From the NCBI RefSeq assembly GCF_964188315.1, contig NC_135655.1, positions 112,778,001 through 112,842,000 of the forward strand: a stretch of DNA of 64,000 nt. The letters run 5' to 3'. Shown here piece by piece: positions 36,228 to 49,740 of this stretch. Source of the DNA: Podarcis muralis. Its lineage: Eukaryota. Every line of letters starts with the position of its first letter. The first letter of the stretch is position 1. The position numbers and the translations under genes were made by a program. The notes under the pieces were generated by a model that saw only the letters and a list, made by a program, of their open reading frames with translations, was not told the origin of the DNA and searched no databases.

Positions 36228-37769
36228 TAGCTAGGTGAGGTCCCATTGCTGTCTCTTTCTTTTGTCTGTCCTTGACTTCTGCATTCAGCTTGCTCCTTGA
36301 CAGTCCTCTCTGCCAAAACTATCCTACAAGACAGCATGCTTACATCTCCTCTGATCTTACTCTCTACCCAATCTGTCTCCTGTCAAGGTTTCAAGCAGCC
36401 ATCCTTCTCACTCTCTCCATAGTATCCCTCATACCAGAGCAGTGACTTCCATACTGCAATAAAATATTAGGTCCTCTAAAAAAAACCACACACAACCGTA
36501 CAGATTCTAAACTCTCAGCCAAACATATACATTTTGCCAACCTTCATTAAAAAAATGAAAATCCTTCAGTTACAGTACAGTCTGTAGGAATCTTAGCTTG
36601 CTGTAGCTGTAAGGCATTTAATTATTTTGTAGTGCTATACAGGTGATTCATTTTTGTGCTTTTGTTTTATGGTTACTCTGTATTAATAAATAACAGCCCA
36701 GTGATGGCAAGCAGACAAGTAGTGGCTGTATGTGGGACACGGAAAAATCAGAAGGGTGGGGGATACAATTGCACAAATTTTAATCTGTAGGAAGAAAATC
36801 TCATTTGTTTCAAGGGAGATACGTACCGTGTAAAATTGGTCAGCCGATTCTGCTTTATTCTGTAAAGGCATCACACCTGGGGACTGAATGAAATAGTGGG
36901 GACATGAGGAAAGTGCTTTAACAAACATACCCCAGCATACAGCTTCTCCTGCTTTTTCTGCTGCACTAGGAGGAGGCCCTCCTGAGTCCTAGGTTGTGGT
37001 GGTCAGCATTCCTTCCTCTGACTGCTTAGCAAAAGTAATGAAATGATTACGTATCCTAAGCAATGGTATAGCCTGCTGAGTGCTGAAGCATTAGAGCTGC
37101 CTCCACAAATTGTGCTCTAACTTTCTTCAGAAGTGTTTGATTTTTTTTTTTTTAATGAAGACGAAGAGCATGAGGGGTCCTGCTGGCATGGGCCTAGTAC
37201 ATGTGTGCCCCCATCACCACGTCAGTGGCCCTGCACTTGTTCCCAAGGAACCTTTTTCTTTCTCTTATGTATATGTTCAAGGTTCTTATTATTTAGACTG
37301 CACTTTTCTTAAAGCTTTAGATAACCTATTTTGGTGCTTGATATTTCATTTTGATTTATTGGTGTGCTCTCCAAACTCTGTTTTCCACCCTGAATATAGG
37401 ATCTATATATTTCTTGCCACATTTTTTTTTTTGGTCTCTACAGTGTTTTGTGCATAAACAACCATAAATATCCATTAATGTTCTTTCCTTAGCCCTGAGT
37501 GATCACTTTTGCGGGAGCCTTGTTCTGGCACATTCATTTGCTTTAGCTAGATTTTAAAGTACAAAATTCTGTTTCCAAAGTAAAAGGTAGGCTTGCTCCT
37601 GCACTCCCTTTCTTGTCGACACGTAACACTTGTCTCAGTGTGACATGCATATGGAAATCATCCTTGCAGATCAGTGGGAGCAGGGCTTTCCGTGGTACTC
37701 TCCCAGATCCAGCAGAGCAAGTCAATATCCAAATCTAACCTGTAATAAAAATATTTCCACCTTTCATAT

Positions 37770-38100
37770 CAGATAAAGTCAGGGACAGGGAAGACATGCT
37801 CGAGTAGCGCATTCCAAAGCTGGGGTGCAGCAGCCAAGAAGGCCTTATTCCTTATTCCACATGCCCCAGATGCCCAAAGAGAGGTGATCATGAGTAGGAA
37901 CTTCTCAATAGCCTTTAACTATTGCAGTAGTTCTTAAGGGGAGGGGTGCTCAATTGAGTTTACAAGTTTTTGGAAGGTTCTGCCCACCCTTCATGGCTGA
38001 GATTCAAAATAACTACAGAGAGTCGACTGGCCTTCCTCTCTCCAATTCCAGCTGGACTGGACCTGCTCTTTGGAAAGTTCAGCACCATCACTAGTCCTAC
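37770..38100 (-). mobile_element. Old L2 LINE C-terminal remnant
   Basis: Minus strand encodes AFLAAAPQLWNA (L2 RAFS.AAP.LWN.LP motif); right boundary approximate. Confidence 0.6.
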
Positions 38101-39460
38101 CTTTTGGACAATGTCACAGCCTAAGCACATTGTGAGTTAGGGCCGTTAATGCTCAGAAAGGGCGCTGTGAGCTGCTCTCAGCCCATGGGGATATAGCGTG
38201 GATATAAAATAAAACAACCAAACAGTGGTTTCCACACATACACCCAAGCTTTTGTGAGACTCCCATGAGCTGACAAAGTTCATAGTCAACCCCAGTGCCC
38301 TTAGGCGTTGTTCATAAATTAATTGCTCGTTCTTGCTTCCTCCATTTGTTGACTCTCACAAGTGACCTACTTACAAATAAACATATTATTTATAAAAATA
38401 GAAAATGCATATGTGATAGAAACATTTTGCACCAGCACCTACTTGCACCCACTTCTTATTAGGAGGCATTACCAAATGCATCTTTGAGATTTTGCCCATA
38501 TTGTCTAATGTAGTTTACTCCGCAGAGAAAGAGCAAACAGTCAAGTCTGATCATAATGATTTAGCTCCTTTTTGGCCAACTATGGAGGTTAGAAGAGCCA
38601 ATGTTGTTGGCCAGCCCTTGAGAAAAGTTTCAGAAGCCACAATTTCATGCTAGTATTGTTTCATGAAAGCTAACGCCCTGAAGATCATAGTTTAACTTAT
38701 TGCATTCTGTATGGCACCTATTTTTGCATTCTCACATAACCTGTAGTTTATCCTGCTTACTTAGGTGTTTTTACCTGTAGGCATCTCCTGTGTGATGCAC
38801 TGACCTCTTTCATTCTATGTATCGTACTTGTTGGCATACTATAATTTAAATGATACGAGACAGGTCTAGTGTGCTTCAAGATCCTTCCTGAAGGCATTAC
38901 ATTAGGCTAGAATCTTTGGATTTTTCCAGTGCCTCTTATGAGACTTCAGCTAATCAGAGTTTTCCATACACCTGGTGATATTTTGCATGGGAGTAAGCCA
39001 CATTTCTCCACATTTCAGATATGAATGAGCATATCAGCAAGCATGGCTTGCAAGAAAAAAAAATTGTCCAAATTTTTTTAGCTCTGTATAAAGACAGAAT
39101 ACTATTTTTTTAAAATATTCTGCTTTAAAGTGGGACTTCATGTACTCCACATAGAAACCATTTTCTGAGACCACAAGGTCATCAAGATAAGAATAAAATC
39201 AATAGATCTTTCTTCCTGAGCTCCCTGAGATACTATGCCTATCTATCTCTTGAGCACACTCCTTTCAACCCTGAGCCTACAGTTATTCAAATATTTACAC
39301 TGTCTGCATGTTTAACATATTGTTACGTGTGTGTTTTTTCCTCAGCAGCAAAGAGATGTTTATTTGCTGCTTTGCAAACAACCCCAGCCTGATTCTCACT
39401 TTTCAGTCTCAGGATTTACTTCTCACCATGCACAGATTGCAAAGGAGAAAGGTCCAAGCA

Positions 39461-39675
39461 CAGTGGTACCTCTGGTTAAGAACTTAATTTGTTCTGGAGG
39501 TCCGTTCTTAACCTGAAACTGTTCTCAACCTGAGGTACCACTTTAGCTAATGGGGCCTTGCGCTGCCGCCTCGCAATTTCTGTTCTCATCCTGAAGCAAA
39601 GTTCTTAACCCGAGGTACTATTTCTGGGTTAGCGGAGTCTGTAACCTGAAGCGTCTGTAACCCGAGGTACCACTG
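39461..39675. mobile_element. Tigger-like MITE family A
   Basis: CAGTGGTACCTC TIRs; CA / TA flanks. Confidence 0.9.
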
Positions 39676-42499
39676 TATGGCAGGAATGGGAAAGCTCAGG
39701 CAAATGCAGTTTTCCAGGTCTCTCTCATGCCACACACCCTCTCATGGGCTCTGCTTTGCACCCTCGAGTTCTTTTTCCTAGGTGGAATGTGTCATTGAAC
39801 TGTGATCATTCCTCCTGCATGCCTGGACGCAGGGTGGAGAGAAGGGTGTTTGTGTAGTAGATAACTCTGACTTTAGCATGGCTGGAATGTCCTGACTGAT
39901 GTACAGAGCTGATAAGCACATCTGTTGCTCCCAGAGCTTGAGGCGTTCGTTTTTTGAAGGGAGCTATAGTGAGCCTGCCACTTACACGAAGGTTCCGTTC
40001 CAGGAATCTGTGTGCAAAGGTAAAACCCCCAGAGCTGGCCCCACAGGGTGGAGGGCTGCTTAATGAGAGCTTCCTTAGGGACCTCCTGTGACCTTCCCAG
40101 ACCCTGGTAAGCAAGGAAAACCTGCTTGGGTGCAAAATAAATAAATGGAGATGAACTGGGTAGCAGAGAGGGACTGATTCATCCAGGGAGCATGAAAGGT
40201 GAAATGAGTTTTCAATACCTCTTGGACCATTTTATGATCATTCTATGCCAGTCAGCTCCTCAAGTTGCCTAGCCAAATCACAATTAACCTGAGAAACACC
40301 AGTCAATTGCTGGACAGTTCAGAAATGTATGAGTAATCTGATTTAGTGAAAAATCAGAACAGGAAATGCTACCCACCTAACCAGTGGCCAACTCCCCCTC
40401 TCCAGTCAATTCCAGCTCCACATCTAAGTCTGTAACTGGTAAGCATATACATTTCCTCCTTCCTTCACTCATACAATACCCGGCATCCTTGTTGAAAATC
40501 TTTACAATCTGTTTTCACTCATCATTAAATGAGAGAAGGCCTTTGGTACTTCAAGAAAGACTGGACGCGCGTGTATATGAGTTGAGGGAGCAGAAGTGAA
40601 ATGGAAGTGAGGGAGTGTCTGTCTGCACTTGTTCCCCAATACTTGATAGTTGCTGATTGCCATTTCAAGGTCTTGGTTAAAAAGGGGAGGAATGAGAATT
40701 GTGTAATTTTATCAGCCTTGCGCCACTTATCATACATTCTATTTTGGATAAAACGAATAAACATGTGCAACCAATATATTAATAAACCACACAGTAGAAG
40801 TTATCTTTCTTCCCAGAGAAATTGTTAATGGGCGTATTTAAAAAAGATTGCTTGATATATCTTGGTGATTTTGGAACATAGCTGTTAATATTATAGGTGG
40901 CAGCTTTCGCTTATAGGTTGATAGCTGTAGGCATCATGACATTTCTTGGTGCTATTTTAGAGCCCAAGAATATAGGCTAAATTTAGATCATCCATCTATT
41001 AACAGAGAGAACAATTTCTCTTCTACAGATTATGTTATACATAGTCACTGTACATCTCAGTCAACTTTGTTTTCAAATCCCTGGAAGAGAATATAATAGT
41101 GCAACTATTTATAGGAGAGGTTCCAAGAACTGAACCTAATTTGTATAAAGTGCAGCGCCGTACTGAAATCTGTCCTCAGGTTTCTTGAAAGTTTTCTTTC
41201 CCCTGTGAAAGAACCTTCCATTTTTTCCTGCCTAATTTTTATGGCATTTGAGAATTTCCTTAGCATTTTGGTGGGTCTGAAATTTTGATATATGCCACCC
41301 TTGGCAACCTTACAAATATATGGTGGTATCTTCCTTCCAGTAAACATTTCTGCTGCTCAAGGCTACCTCATGATGGCTGTCATTGACGTGTGGGCATCTG
41401 TGAAGACTGCAAATTGCACACCACTTTTGAAATACTATGTAGACACTCTCATAAGCTTTTCAACCAGCTCAAAAATCAGAGAAGTGCATCAAAACCTTGC
41501 ATCCCACCCATGAGAATTTCATTGATTTCCCTCCCTCCCTTTACCTTTGAAAAGTTTTTTATGCAATTACTTTGCTCGTTAACTGATGGAGGATGGTCAG
41601 AAAAATGACAGAGGCAAACATCTTCAACAGAACATGAGTTGAGTGGCATGCTGGATTTCATAACCATATCAGCAAACTGTTATTCTGAAAGTTTTGTTCA
41701 TTTTACGTTTCAAAGTTTATTAGACTTGTTCATACTGCCTCCATCCCAAAGCCTACATCATCTGTGTTGTCATTGCATCCTTTTGCTGTATTGCTCTCAC
41801 CTGCTTTGCACTCTTACTTGCAGTAATAACTGCCCAAAAGTATGGCTAATTATGACTCTTGGTTGGAGACGCTTGATGCTATGAACCGTCTAAGGAAGAG
41901 GTCCGCAAAGAAAATAACCAAAATTCTCGGATATGTCTCTGAGTGCCAGGTGACCAATTAAAACCTTAGTGACAATGCGAGATGAATTCACAATTGGTGC
42001 AGTGACTGAAAATATTGCAAAATACAGTGAGAATAGCCTTATTAGTAAGACTGTTTTCTATAATAGAAATCTTCAGAATTCCTAGCTCAGCGTTTGTGGT
42101 GGACCACAAGCTAGTTGCTGGCATACTAATCATTTTTAAAATACAGATTGCTTAAATACACATATTGTAAATATGGGAAAGTGGTTTGGGGAGCAAACAC
42201 AATAGACTACTGTTTTTGCCTGGACAAGGAGGAAAATTTGCATTATACACAAACTCTTGTCTAAATTTGTATGCTTTTGTAAGATGGAAGAATACCTATG
42301 GAGGAATGCATTATAAGAATAAGTATTCCACAGTGAAGGTGAATGATTTGTGTCAATGAAAAATGAGTGTTGAGACCTTAAGGTTAATCTACCAGTGGTC
42401 ATCACGCATTGTGTTTAATTCTGTGCATCTGTGATTTGAACTCTTTTCCTATAGAAATCTAAATATCACTTTACATATTATTAGAAGAAGAGCAGGAAG

Positions 42500-43090
42500 T
42501 TAGGAGTTTGACGGTGCTGCTAGAACCATCCTTGGCACTACGCTCATCTTCAGTTGTTAGGAGGCACTACGCCCATCTTCAGTTGGCATCAACCACTGCC
42601 TTTTTTGGACCGAAATACTACAGCTACACTCCTCCATGCTCAGCTAACCTCCAGACTGGACTACTGCAAGGTGCTTTATGTGGGGCTGCCCTTGAAGGTG
42701 ATCTGAAAGTTGCAACTAGTGCAGAAAGTGACAGGCATAGTGTTGATGGGAATAGCAGGTCAGTTGCATATATCCTGCTGACTGGTTGCTAGTTATATTC
42801 CCAGCCAAAGTCATGGTGCTTATGTTGACAGCTGAAACTCTAAATAGGCAGGGTCCCAAATATCTGGGGAAAAACACTTCCTCCATTTTCAACCTGCCTA
42901 TGTCTTAAGATCAGCGCAAGAAGCTGTACTGGTGGTCCATGCACTTAATGAGGTCTGTACTGTGGGGCCCATGGAAGAGCCATTTTCATAGTGTGTGGAA
43001 TGATCTCCCCACTAAAGTACATCTCACTCTAGTCTTATATTCTTTTAGTTGCCAGGTAAAAACCCCTCCATTTTCACCAGGCCTTATGAG
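42500..43090 (+). mobile_element. L2 LINE ORF2 C-terminal remnant
   Basis: VLLEPSL...LLHAQLTSRLDYCKVLYVGLPLK..KLQLVQK, then a WND.P / F..QVK-like end; frameshifted. Confidence 0.85.
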
Positions 43091-43114
43091 GCTGATGAGT
43101 TAAGTAATTTTTAA

Positions 43115-43220
43115 GAGAGCTCACTTGGTAGAGCATGAGACTCTTAATCTCAGTCATGGATTTGAGCCCCACATTGGGCAAAAAGATTCCTGCATTGCTG
43201 AGGGTTGGAGTAGATGATCC
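43115..43220 (+). mobile_element. tRNA-Lys(CTT)-derived SINE with a CR1 3' tail
   Basis: AGCTCACTTGGTAGAGCATGAGACTCTTAATCTCA matches vertebrate tRNA-Lys; followed by TTCCTGCATTGCTGAGGGTTGGAGTAGATGATCC, similar to the CR1 UTR at 725-760. Confidence 0.8.
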
Positions 43221-43825
43221 AAAGAAATATCTTCGTTATAAATAAATACTATATTAACCAGGTGGAAGTTCACTGTGCTTGTATCAAATTCTTTTTTTTT
43301 TTTAGAAAAGTACCTAATGTTAGCTTTTTATTGAGTAGAGGCCACAAAGATTACAATAAGTGGTCCTGACCTGATGTATCAATGGCATTTGTTGCTCGAC
43401 AGCAAATCTCCATTCAGCATTTGTTTTGTATCAAGTTCCATATTCATTTAGGTGCGTTAGTAATGGCCAGATTATCCAGAATTGTTAGGAAGATGTGGGG
43501 TTTTTTTTAAGAATAGCTAACATCTTCCAATTTGCAATCTTTCTTTTTGTGGAAGCCATTCTAGGTGTGAATGAATGGTTCAAATGTGTTCATCACATTT
43601 GCACTCTGAAACGTCTTGCACGTACACCTCAAATTAGAATGTGTAAAAAAGCCCCTTTGGCAATCACACCTTTTTTTCTGAACAGTAATTAAAAACAAAT
43701 ATCTTCTTGCTTATCATGGTTCTTAGAACTGGAGTCAATGAGACTGCTGGTTTTATGTGGAAAATCATCGTGTATAAATTTATGCCATCAACATTTAAGA
43801 AACCCCTGACATCTTGTTTGCTAAC

Positions 43826-43969
43826 CTTCAGATAGCTCAGTTGGTTAGAGTTTGGTGCCCATAATGTCAAGGTTGTGGGTTTGATCCCTGTACAGGACAG
43901 CTGCATATTCCTACATTGCAAGGGGGTGGACTACTTCCTTCCAACTCTACAGTTGTGTGATTCCATGAT
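43826..43969 (+). mobile_element. tRNA-Ile(AAT)-derived SINE with a CR1 3' tail
   Basis: TAGCTCAGTTGGTTAGAG..TGGTGC..ATAA.G.CAAGGT.G.GGGTT.GATCCC.GTAC matches tRNA-Ile; tail TTCCTACATTGCAAGGGGGTGGACT...TTCCAACTCTAC...GATTCCATGAT. Confidence 0.8.
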
Positions 43970-45877
43970 CTCCCAGTCGGATGGTCAACTTATAGCACCC
44001 CCTTATCACACAGCCCAGCCAGTTAGCAAACACCGAGCAACTTGTATATGTGTTTTCACACCCACCTGGTACATTTCATTTTCTTTTTAAAAAAGTTTTT
44101 GGCTTTAGCATAGGGCTTTAAACTTAATATGCAAAGAGCAGTGGCAAAATTTGTGATGAGCCTCTACTTGGCCAAATCAGGGGTGTATTGATTGTTTAAT
44201 CAGGGGTGTGAATTGACTTTAAAAGGTGCATGAGCGGGAAAATAGTTGTTGCTCCCATATTTTGCTCCAGTAGATGCCATTCCATCCCCCCCCCCCCCCC
44301 GCTGCTAAAAATAATAAAACTTCATTTCAGAATTCTGAAAGGATGCCAGGGGTGTTTTTAATGAGCCCACCTCTAAATGAAGAGGAATAAGTATGATGTG
44401 TGTTGCTGTCAGCTCTTCTTGCCTGGATATGTCATTTGTTCTTTAGGGATTCAATTTCTCTGTGTAACTCTTGTTCTGTGCTGATATTTCCTGAAGACAG
44501 AAGAGCATTTTGGATATGCTAGCCTTTGCAAATGCAGGCTATCTTCCCCGCCACACCTAAGCCTTTTCTATTTATTGGAAGGATTTGACTGCACTTTCAG
44601 GCTACATTGCCATTCACACTGCTGCTCTATAAGCTTGCATGGCTTTGTGTCGCTGCTGTTGTTTTAAATCACCAGTATGACATTTTTGGTAACTAGCTAT
44701 CTCCACTTCTACTTGTGTCACACAAGCTGCCGATCAGTTTGTGAAGTCCTCTTACGGTTTACAACTTCGATGGAAAGCTTGCTGATCAACTGACAGTTTT
44801 TCAGTACGCAGCTTTATTTCTGGTGACACTATTATTTTCACGTTTTTAGCATCAACAGAGCAAACTTCAAAAGCTATAAAAAATTTCTTTCTAAATAACA
44901 GTGTTTGCAAAGTCGAGTTCCTGCCCTTTAAAAGAAAGTGGAGGATATTGTTGCATGGTGTGCATTGTAAGCACATTGCACACTATTTGAGTTTGTAAGA
45001 ATCACTTATTCCTTCCTTACTTTGTTTGACCTCCTTATACCGACCCCCTCACAACTTTGAGCCCTCGTCCTTCAACAGCAAAAATCTAGACTCTGTAGTT
45101 AGTAAGCATAAAAATAAATCTGTGCTGCAGATCCAAAACCCAAATTCTGCATCTCATAAAAGTTCTCTGTGAGCAGAGTACAAAACTACAAAAGCAATGC
45201 TAAACTTTTGTTTGTTTGAGAAGGCTGAATGTCATTCGCAGGGATGCTGCTGCTGCCTCTTACTGGAATGAACAGGCAGGGTCCGCTAAAGCCTTTTGCC
45301 TCCTCTGCAGGGGGAGGAGTCATTCCTCACACAAGGGGGAGGGACTTCTTTTCTTTGGGGGTGGGGGAAAGGCAAGTTGATGAGGTGTCTATTGCAATTG
45401 ATGCGGCTTCTGCAGTGTTAACATTCTACCCCAGTTTTCAGTCTCTGAAGAACAGATTCAGATATGCAAGTATGTCCTTAATGAAATGGCAGCATCCCAA
45501 GAAGCATGTGGGAAAATCTTGGCATGGGCTCGTCATGTGGAGCAGAGGCGCCAGCTTGCAAGGACGATTTGAGGGGGGGCGTCGTCCTGCGTGTGAGCAT
45601 CGCACCTCCCTGTCTCAGCCAGGCAGAAGCTTCCCAGGCTTTGGGAAGGAGGTGCCTGGGGAACATTTGGGGGGACTAGCCTAGTCCCCCTAGTCCACTG
45701 ACCGCACATCATTGACGTGGAGGTCTGTATCAAAGCATACTTTCTAACTTTTGAATGGCCTCTCAGTTAACAAAGACTTGGAGATAGGTATGCCATAGTT
45801 TGATTATGACTGTTTCATTAAAAGCTCTTCATCTCCAATGGCTCAGTGCTCCATTTGTCTGCTGTCCTCTCCCCATA

Positions 45878-46222
45878 AAGGTAAAGGACCCCTGACAGTT
45901 AAGTCCAATCACAAACGACTCTAGAGTTGCGACGCTCATCTCGCTCTATAGGCCGAGGGAGCTGACGTTTGTCCGCAGACAGCTTCCGGGTCATGTGGCC
46001 AGCATGACTAAGCCGCTTCTGGTGAAACCAGAGCAGCGCATGGAAACGCCGTTTACCTTCCCTCCGGAGCGGTACCTATTTATCTACTTGCACTTTGGCG
46101 TGCTTTCGAACTGCTAGGTTGGCAGGAGCAGGGACTGAGCAACGGGAGCTTACCCCATCGCGGGGATTCGAACCGCCGACCTTCTGATTGGCAAGCCCTA
46201 TGCTCTGTGGTTTAGACCTGAG
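45878..46222 (-). mobile_element. Sauria SINE (Squam1), 5'-truncated
   Basis: Reverse complement of the family body; TSD CCCCATA. Confidence 0.95.
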
Positions 46223-46714
46223 CCCCATAGTCCTGCTGTAAAAAAAGAAAAAGAAATGCTGTCAAGTTTCCTTAACCTCCAATGAAAAATGTAGCCTTTG
46301 TCCTACTTTGCAGAGGACAGCTCTCTATTTGAAGGGCAGCACTGTCCGAGTCTTTGATAAAGAACTCTAAGAAGGGATGGCAGGGACCTTGAAATTGCCC
46401 ATTCATGGCTAGTACCTGGACCACAGACTAAGCAGGCACACAAGCCACCTGGTCATTGTCTTCCCCACTACGGTGAGATGTATTACATTTCTGTTTAAAC
46501 TTAAGTGATTATTTGTGTCTATACACCTAAGTTGGTATACAACATTTTGATGCAAAGCTGGCCCCTCTCCTGTCTTCTTTTTCTTTTTCTTCTTCTTTTT
46601 GGTGATGTATTTCTCTTTTTTCTGGTAATGCATAAGTGGCCATCACAAAAACACTGTGGGCAGATAGATTGCTACGGAACCACAACTGGAAATATCACAG
46701 CTGCTGGTTCAGTA

Positions 46715-47068
46715 AGTAAAGGTAAAGGGACCCCTGACCATTAGGTCCAGTCGTGACCGACTCTGGGGTTGCGACGCTCATCTCGCTTTATTGGCCAAGG
46801 GAGCCGGCGTACAGCTTCCGGGTCATGTGGCCAGCATGACTAAGCCGCTTCTGGCGAACCAGAGCAGCACACAGAAACGCTGTTTACCTTCCCGCCGGAG
46901 CAGTACCTATTTATCTACTTGCACTTTGACGCGCTTTCGAACTGCTAGGTTGGCAGGAACTGGGACCGAGCAACGGAAGCTCACCCCATTGCGGGGATTC
47001 GAACCACCAACCTTCTGATTGGCAAGTCCTAGGCTCTGTGGTTTAACCCACAGCGCCACCCGCGTCCC
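46715..47068 (-). mobile_element. Sauria SINE (Squam1), full length
   Basis: 12-bp TSD GCTGGTTCAGTA (46703-46714, 47069-47080). Confidence 0.97.
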
Positions 47069-48232
47069 GCTGGTTCAGTACTTGCATGCTATTCTTTGAT
47101 GGTTCATAAAGACTTGGGAACCGCAACGTTTGGGACAGCAATAGAGCAACAACTGCCTAGAACGTATGGGTTGTATTGATTTAAGTCCCACTCCGAGCAG
47201 ACTTATTGAAATTAAATAAACCTAAGTTAGTCATTTCCATTACATGCAGCGGATCTACTCTTGAGTATGACTAACACTGGACACAACTCTCATGTGCTAG
47301 ATAGTACTGAGCTTAAGACTCTTTTGTACAAAAGCGCAGGCCCTAAACACAGTGGGTTGGATTCAGCTAATGAGTCCCGTTGGCAGCAGCCCTGTGCGAG
47401 GGCACTGTGGGGCTTTCCCTCATGCCCTCTTGAAATTAGCTCGTATGTGGGTAAGGAGAAGAGGGACTGTTCCATCTGATAAGCTGCAGTGCTTGTGTTG
47501 AGCGGGACACTCACTGGAATGTGATGTTTAATTCTGCTCAGTGTTTATATATATATACATACATACATAGCCCTACAGGTAAATTATATGGAATTCCGCA
47601 AAAGGTGATATTTATTTGAAAAGAGGGGCCGATGTTAATTCCCTCTGTCCTTGGTCTTGATTCACTTCAGTATGATATTCATTTCTGTTTGTTCCTTTGT
47701 GGAAGACAATCAAAATTCTAGCCATGAGTATAGGGGAGGGGGCAAATCTGGGGTGTGAGAATATATAAAAGATTATTAAGCTTTAGACAGAGTAGTGTGT
47801 AACTATGTGGGATGTTTTTTGAATTTAAATGCATAGCTTTCTGTCTGGTGGATTCGGTAAAACAAGCATATTATTAGGGCTGGGGGGGGGGACCCAGCTT
47901 CTTTCCCATAAAACATAACAATTTCTGATGTATCAAACAGTATCAGTTAAAGTGTTGATTGTGTGAAAGGGCACTGGGTACCAGATGTTTACCTACAGTA
48001 GCTGAGCCTCCACAGAGTTGTGAAGTTGAAGTATCACATGAAGATAACTTTTGATACATCGATTTTATTATAGCGTCTGAGTACTGCATGCCAGTTCAGA
48101 GCAACATCTGTGCACCTTTTGGATGCTAATTGGCTCCACGGAGCATTGTTTTAAGTTGAAACGGTTCTTGTTGCCATTCTGCATTTGGGGTGGCTCTGCA
48201 TCATTGACTTTGCTCAGCTGTGCTGGTTCATA

Positions 48233-48428
48233 AGAGCCATAGCTCAGTGGTAGAGCATCTGCTTTGCATGCAGAAGGTCCCAGGTTCAATCCTCAGCATC
48301 TCGCGGTAGAGCTGGAAATAGCCCTTGTCCGACACACTGGAGAGCCACTGGCAATCAGTGTAAGGCAATACTAGGCTAGATCAATCAGTGGTCTCACTTG
48401 GGACGAGGCAACTTCCTGTGTTCCTATG
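48233..48428 (+). mobile_element. tRNA-Ala(TGC)-derived SINE with an old CR1/L3-type tail (probably Squam2)
   Basis: TAGCTCAGTGGTAGAGCATCTGCTTTGCATGCAGAAGGTCCCAGGTTCAATCC head; tail GCTAGATC...TGGTCT...CTTCCTGTGTTCCTATG. Confidence 0.85.
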
Positions 48429-49374
48429 ACTGTCTCTTAAAGAGGAAGTTAAGCTTGGATGTACCCTGAACGGCAGGTGCAAATTGACTCACTTTTGGGT
48501 CAGAAGCAGGATATGTGCCACCCACATATTCTCGGGGCTCAGGAAGGGATTGTTTATGTCTCCGTGCAGCTGGTTGGTTTTGACCTGAGCTTTAAATCTG
48601 CAATCCTTCACACACTATAAGCTCTACTGAAATCAGTAAATATAGTTAGAATCTAGATGTGGGTTAGCATAATAATATGGCACACACTATACTTAATTGT
48701 ATTTTTCACAAAATATTGGTGTCTGTTTTTTATTATTATTTTAGAGTTACAGTTAATACTAAAGGGTTGTTACCTGATGTGTTTAGGTAGTGAACTGTTA
48801 CTTTTTTTTTTTACAGGTTTTCTTTTGCATAATAATAATTAACAACAACAACATAGCATATATAAAACATAGTATACAGCATATATAAAACATGCATGTT
48901 CTTTTGCATCTTTTTATTGTTGAAGCAGATAATAGGTGAATAGATGAGAGAAGATCATGACATTTTCATTATGTTGACATGCCAGAAAGAATTTCTGTCT
49001 CTAACCGTATATAATGCACGTCTCTTTATTTATCGGAGAAAAGGGCTATTATTTTGTGGATCTTAAATAAATATGCCCTTTAGGATTCTGCTGAAAAACC
49101 CATAACAGTATGTACAATAAATTCTAACAGAGAGGAATATTTGAAGAATGACTTCTTTATATGCTTAAAGAATATTTTGGAATTGTCCAGTTTGTAAAAT
49201 ATTGTGTTGCTGTTTTCACTCTACTCCTTCTTCATGAAGGATGCAAAATGAGGAGGAGGAGGAGAGCTCATGCAGGGAGGGAGGCCAACTGGAGGGCATG
49301 CTATTGCCCAAGTGCTCCATCAACAACCAACAAACCTGTAGCTGGTCCTGCAGATATGTACTGACTTAGTTGTA

Positions 49375-49740
49375 AGGTAAAGGTAAAGGTACCCCTGCCC
49401 GTACGGGCCAGTCATGTCCGACTCTGGGGTTGCGCGCTCATCTCGCTTAAGAGGCCGGGAGCCAGCGCTGTCCGAAGACACTTCCGGGTCACGTGGCCAG
49501 TGTGACGAAGCTGCTCTGGCGAGCCAGCACCAGCGCAGCGCACAGAAATGCTGTTACCTTCCCGCTATAAAGCGGTACCTATTTATCTACTTGCACTTGG
49601 GTGTGCTTTCGAACTGCTAGGTGGGCAGGAGCTGGGACCGAACGACGGGAGCTCACCCCGCCGCGGGGATTCAAACCACCGACCATGCGATCGGCAAGTC
49701 CTAGGCACTGAGGTTTTACCCACAACGCCACCCGCGTCCC
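49375..49740 (-). mobile_element. Sauria SINE, distinct subfamily, full length
   Basis: 13-bp TSD TGACTTAGTTGTA; diagnostic body variants (GTCTTCGGACAGCGCTGG, CCCGTACGGGCAGGGG). Confidence 0.97.

Noticed and set aside
43115-48310. Three tRNA-like sequences (Lys, Ile, Ala) as tRNA genes
   Set aside because: Acceptor and T stems are broken, and each continues into a LINE-type tail instead of a T-run terminator. The CAT in the Ile-like loop is a mutation, not tRNA-Met.
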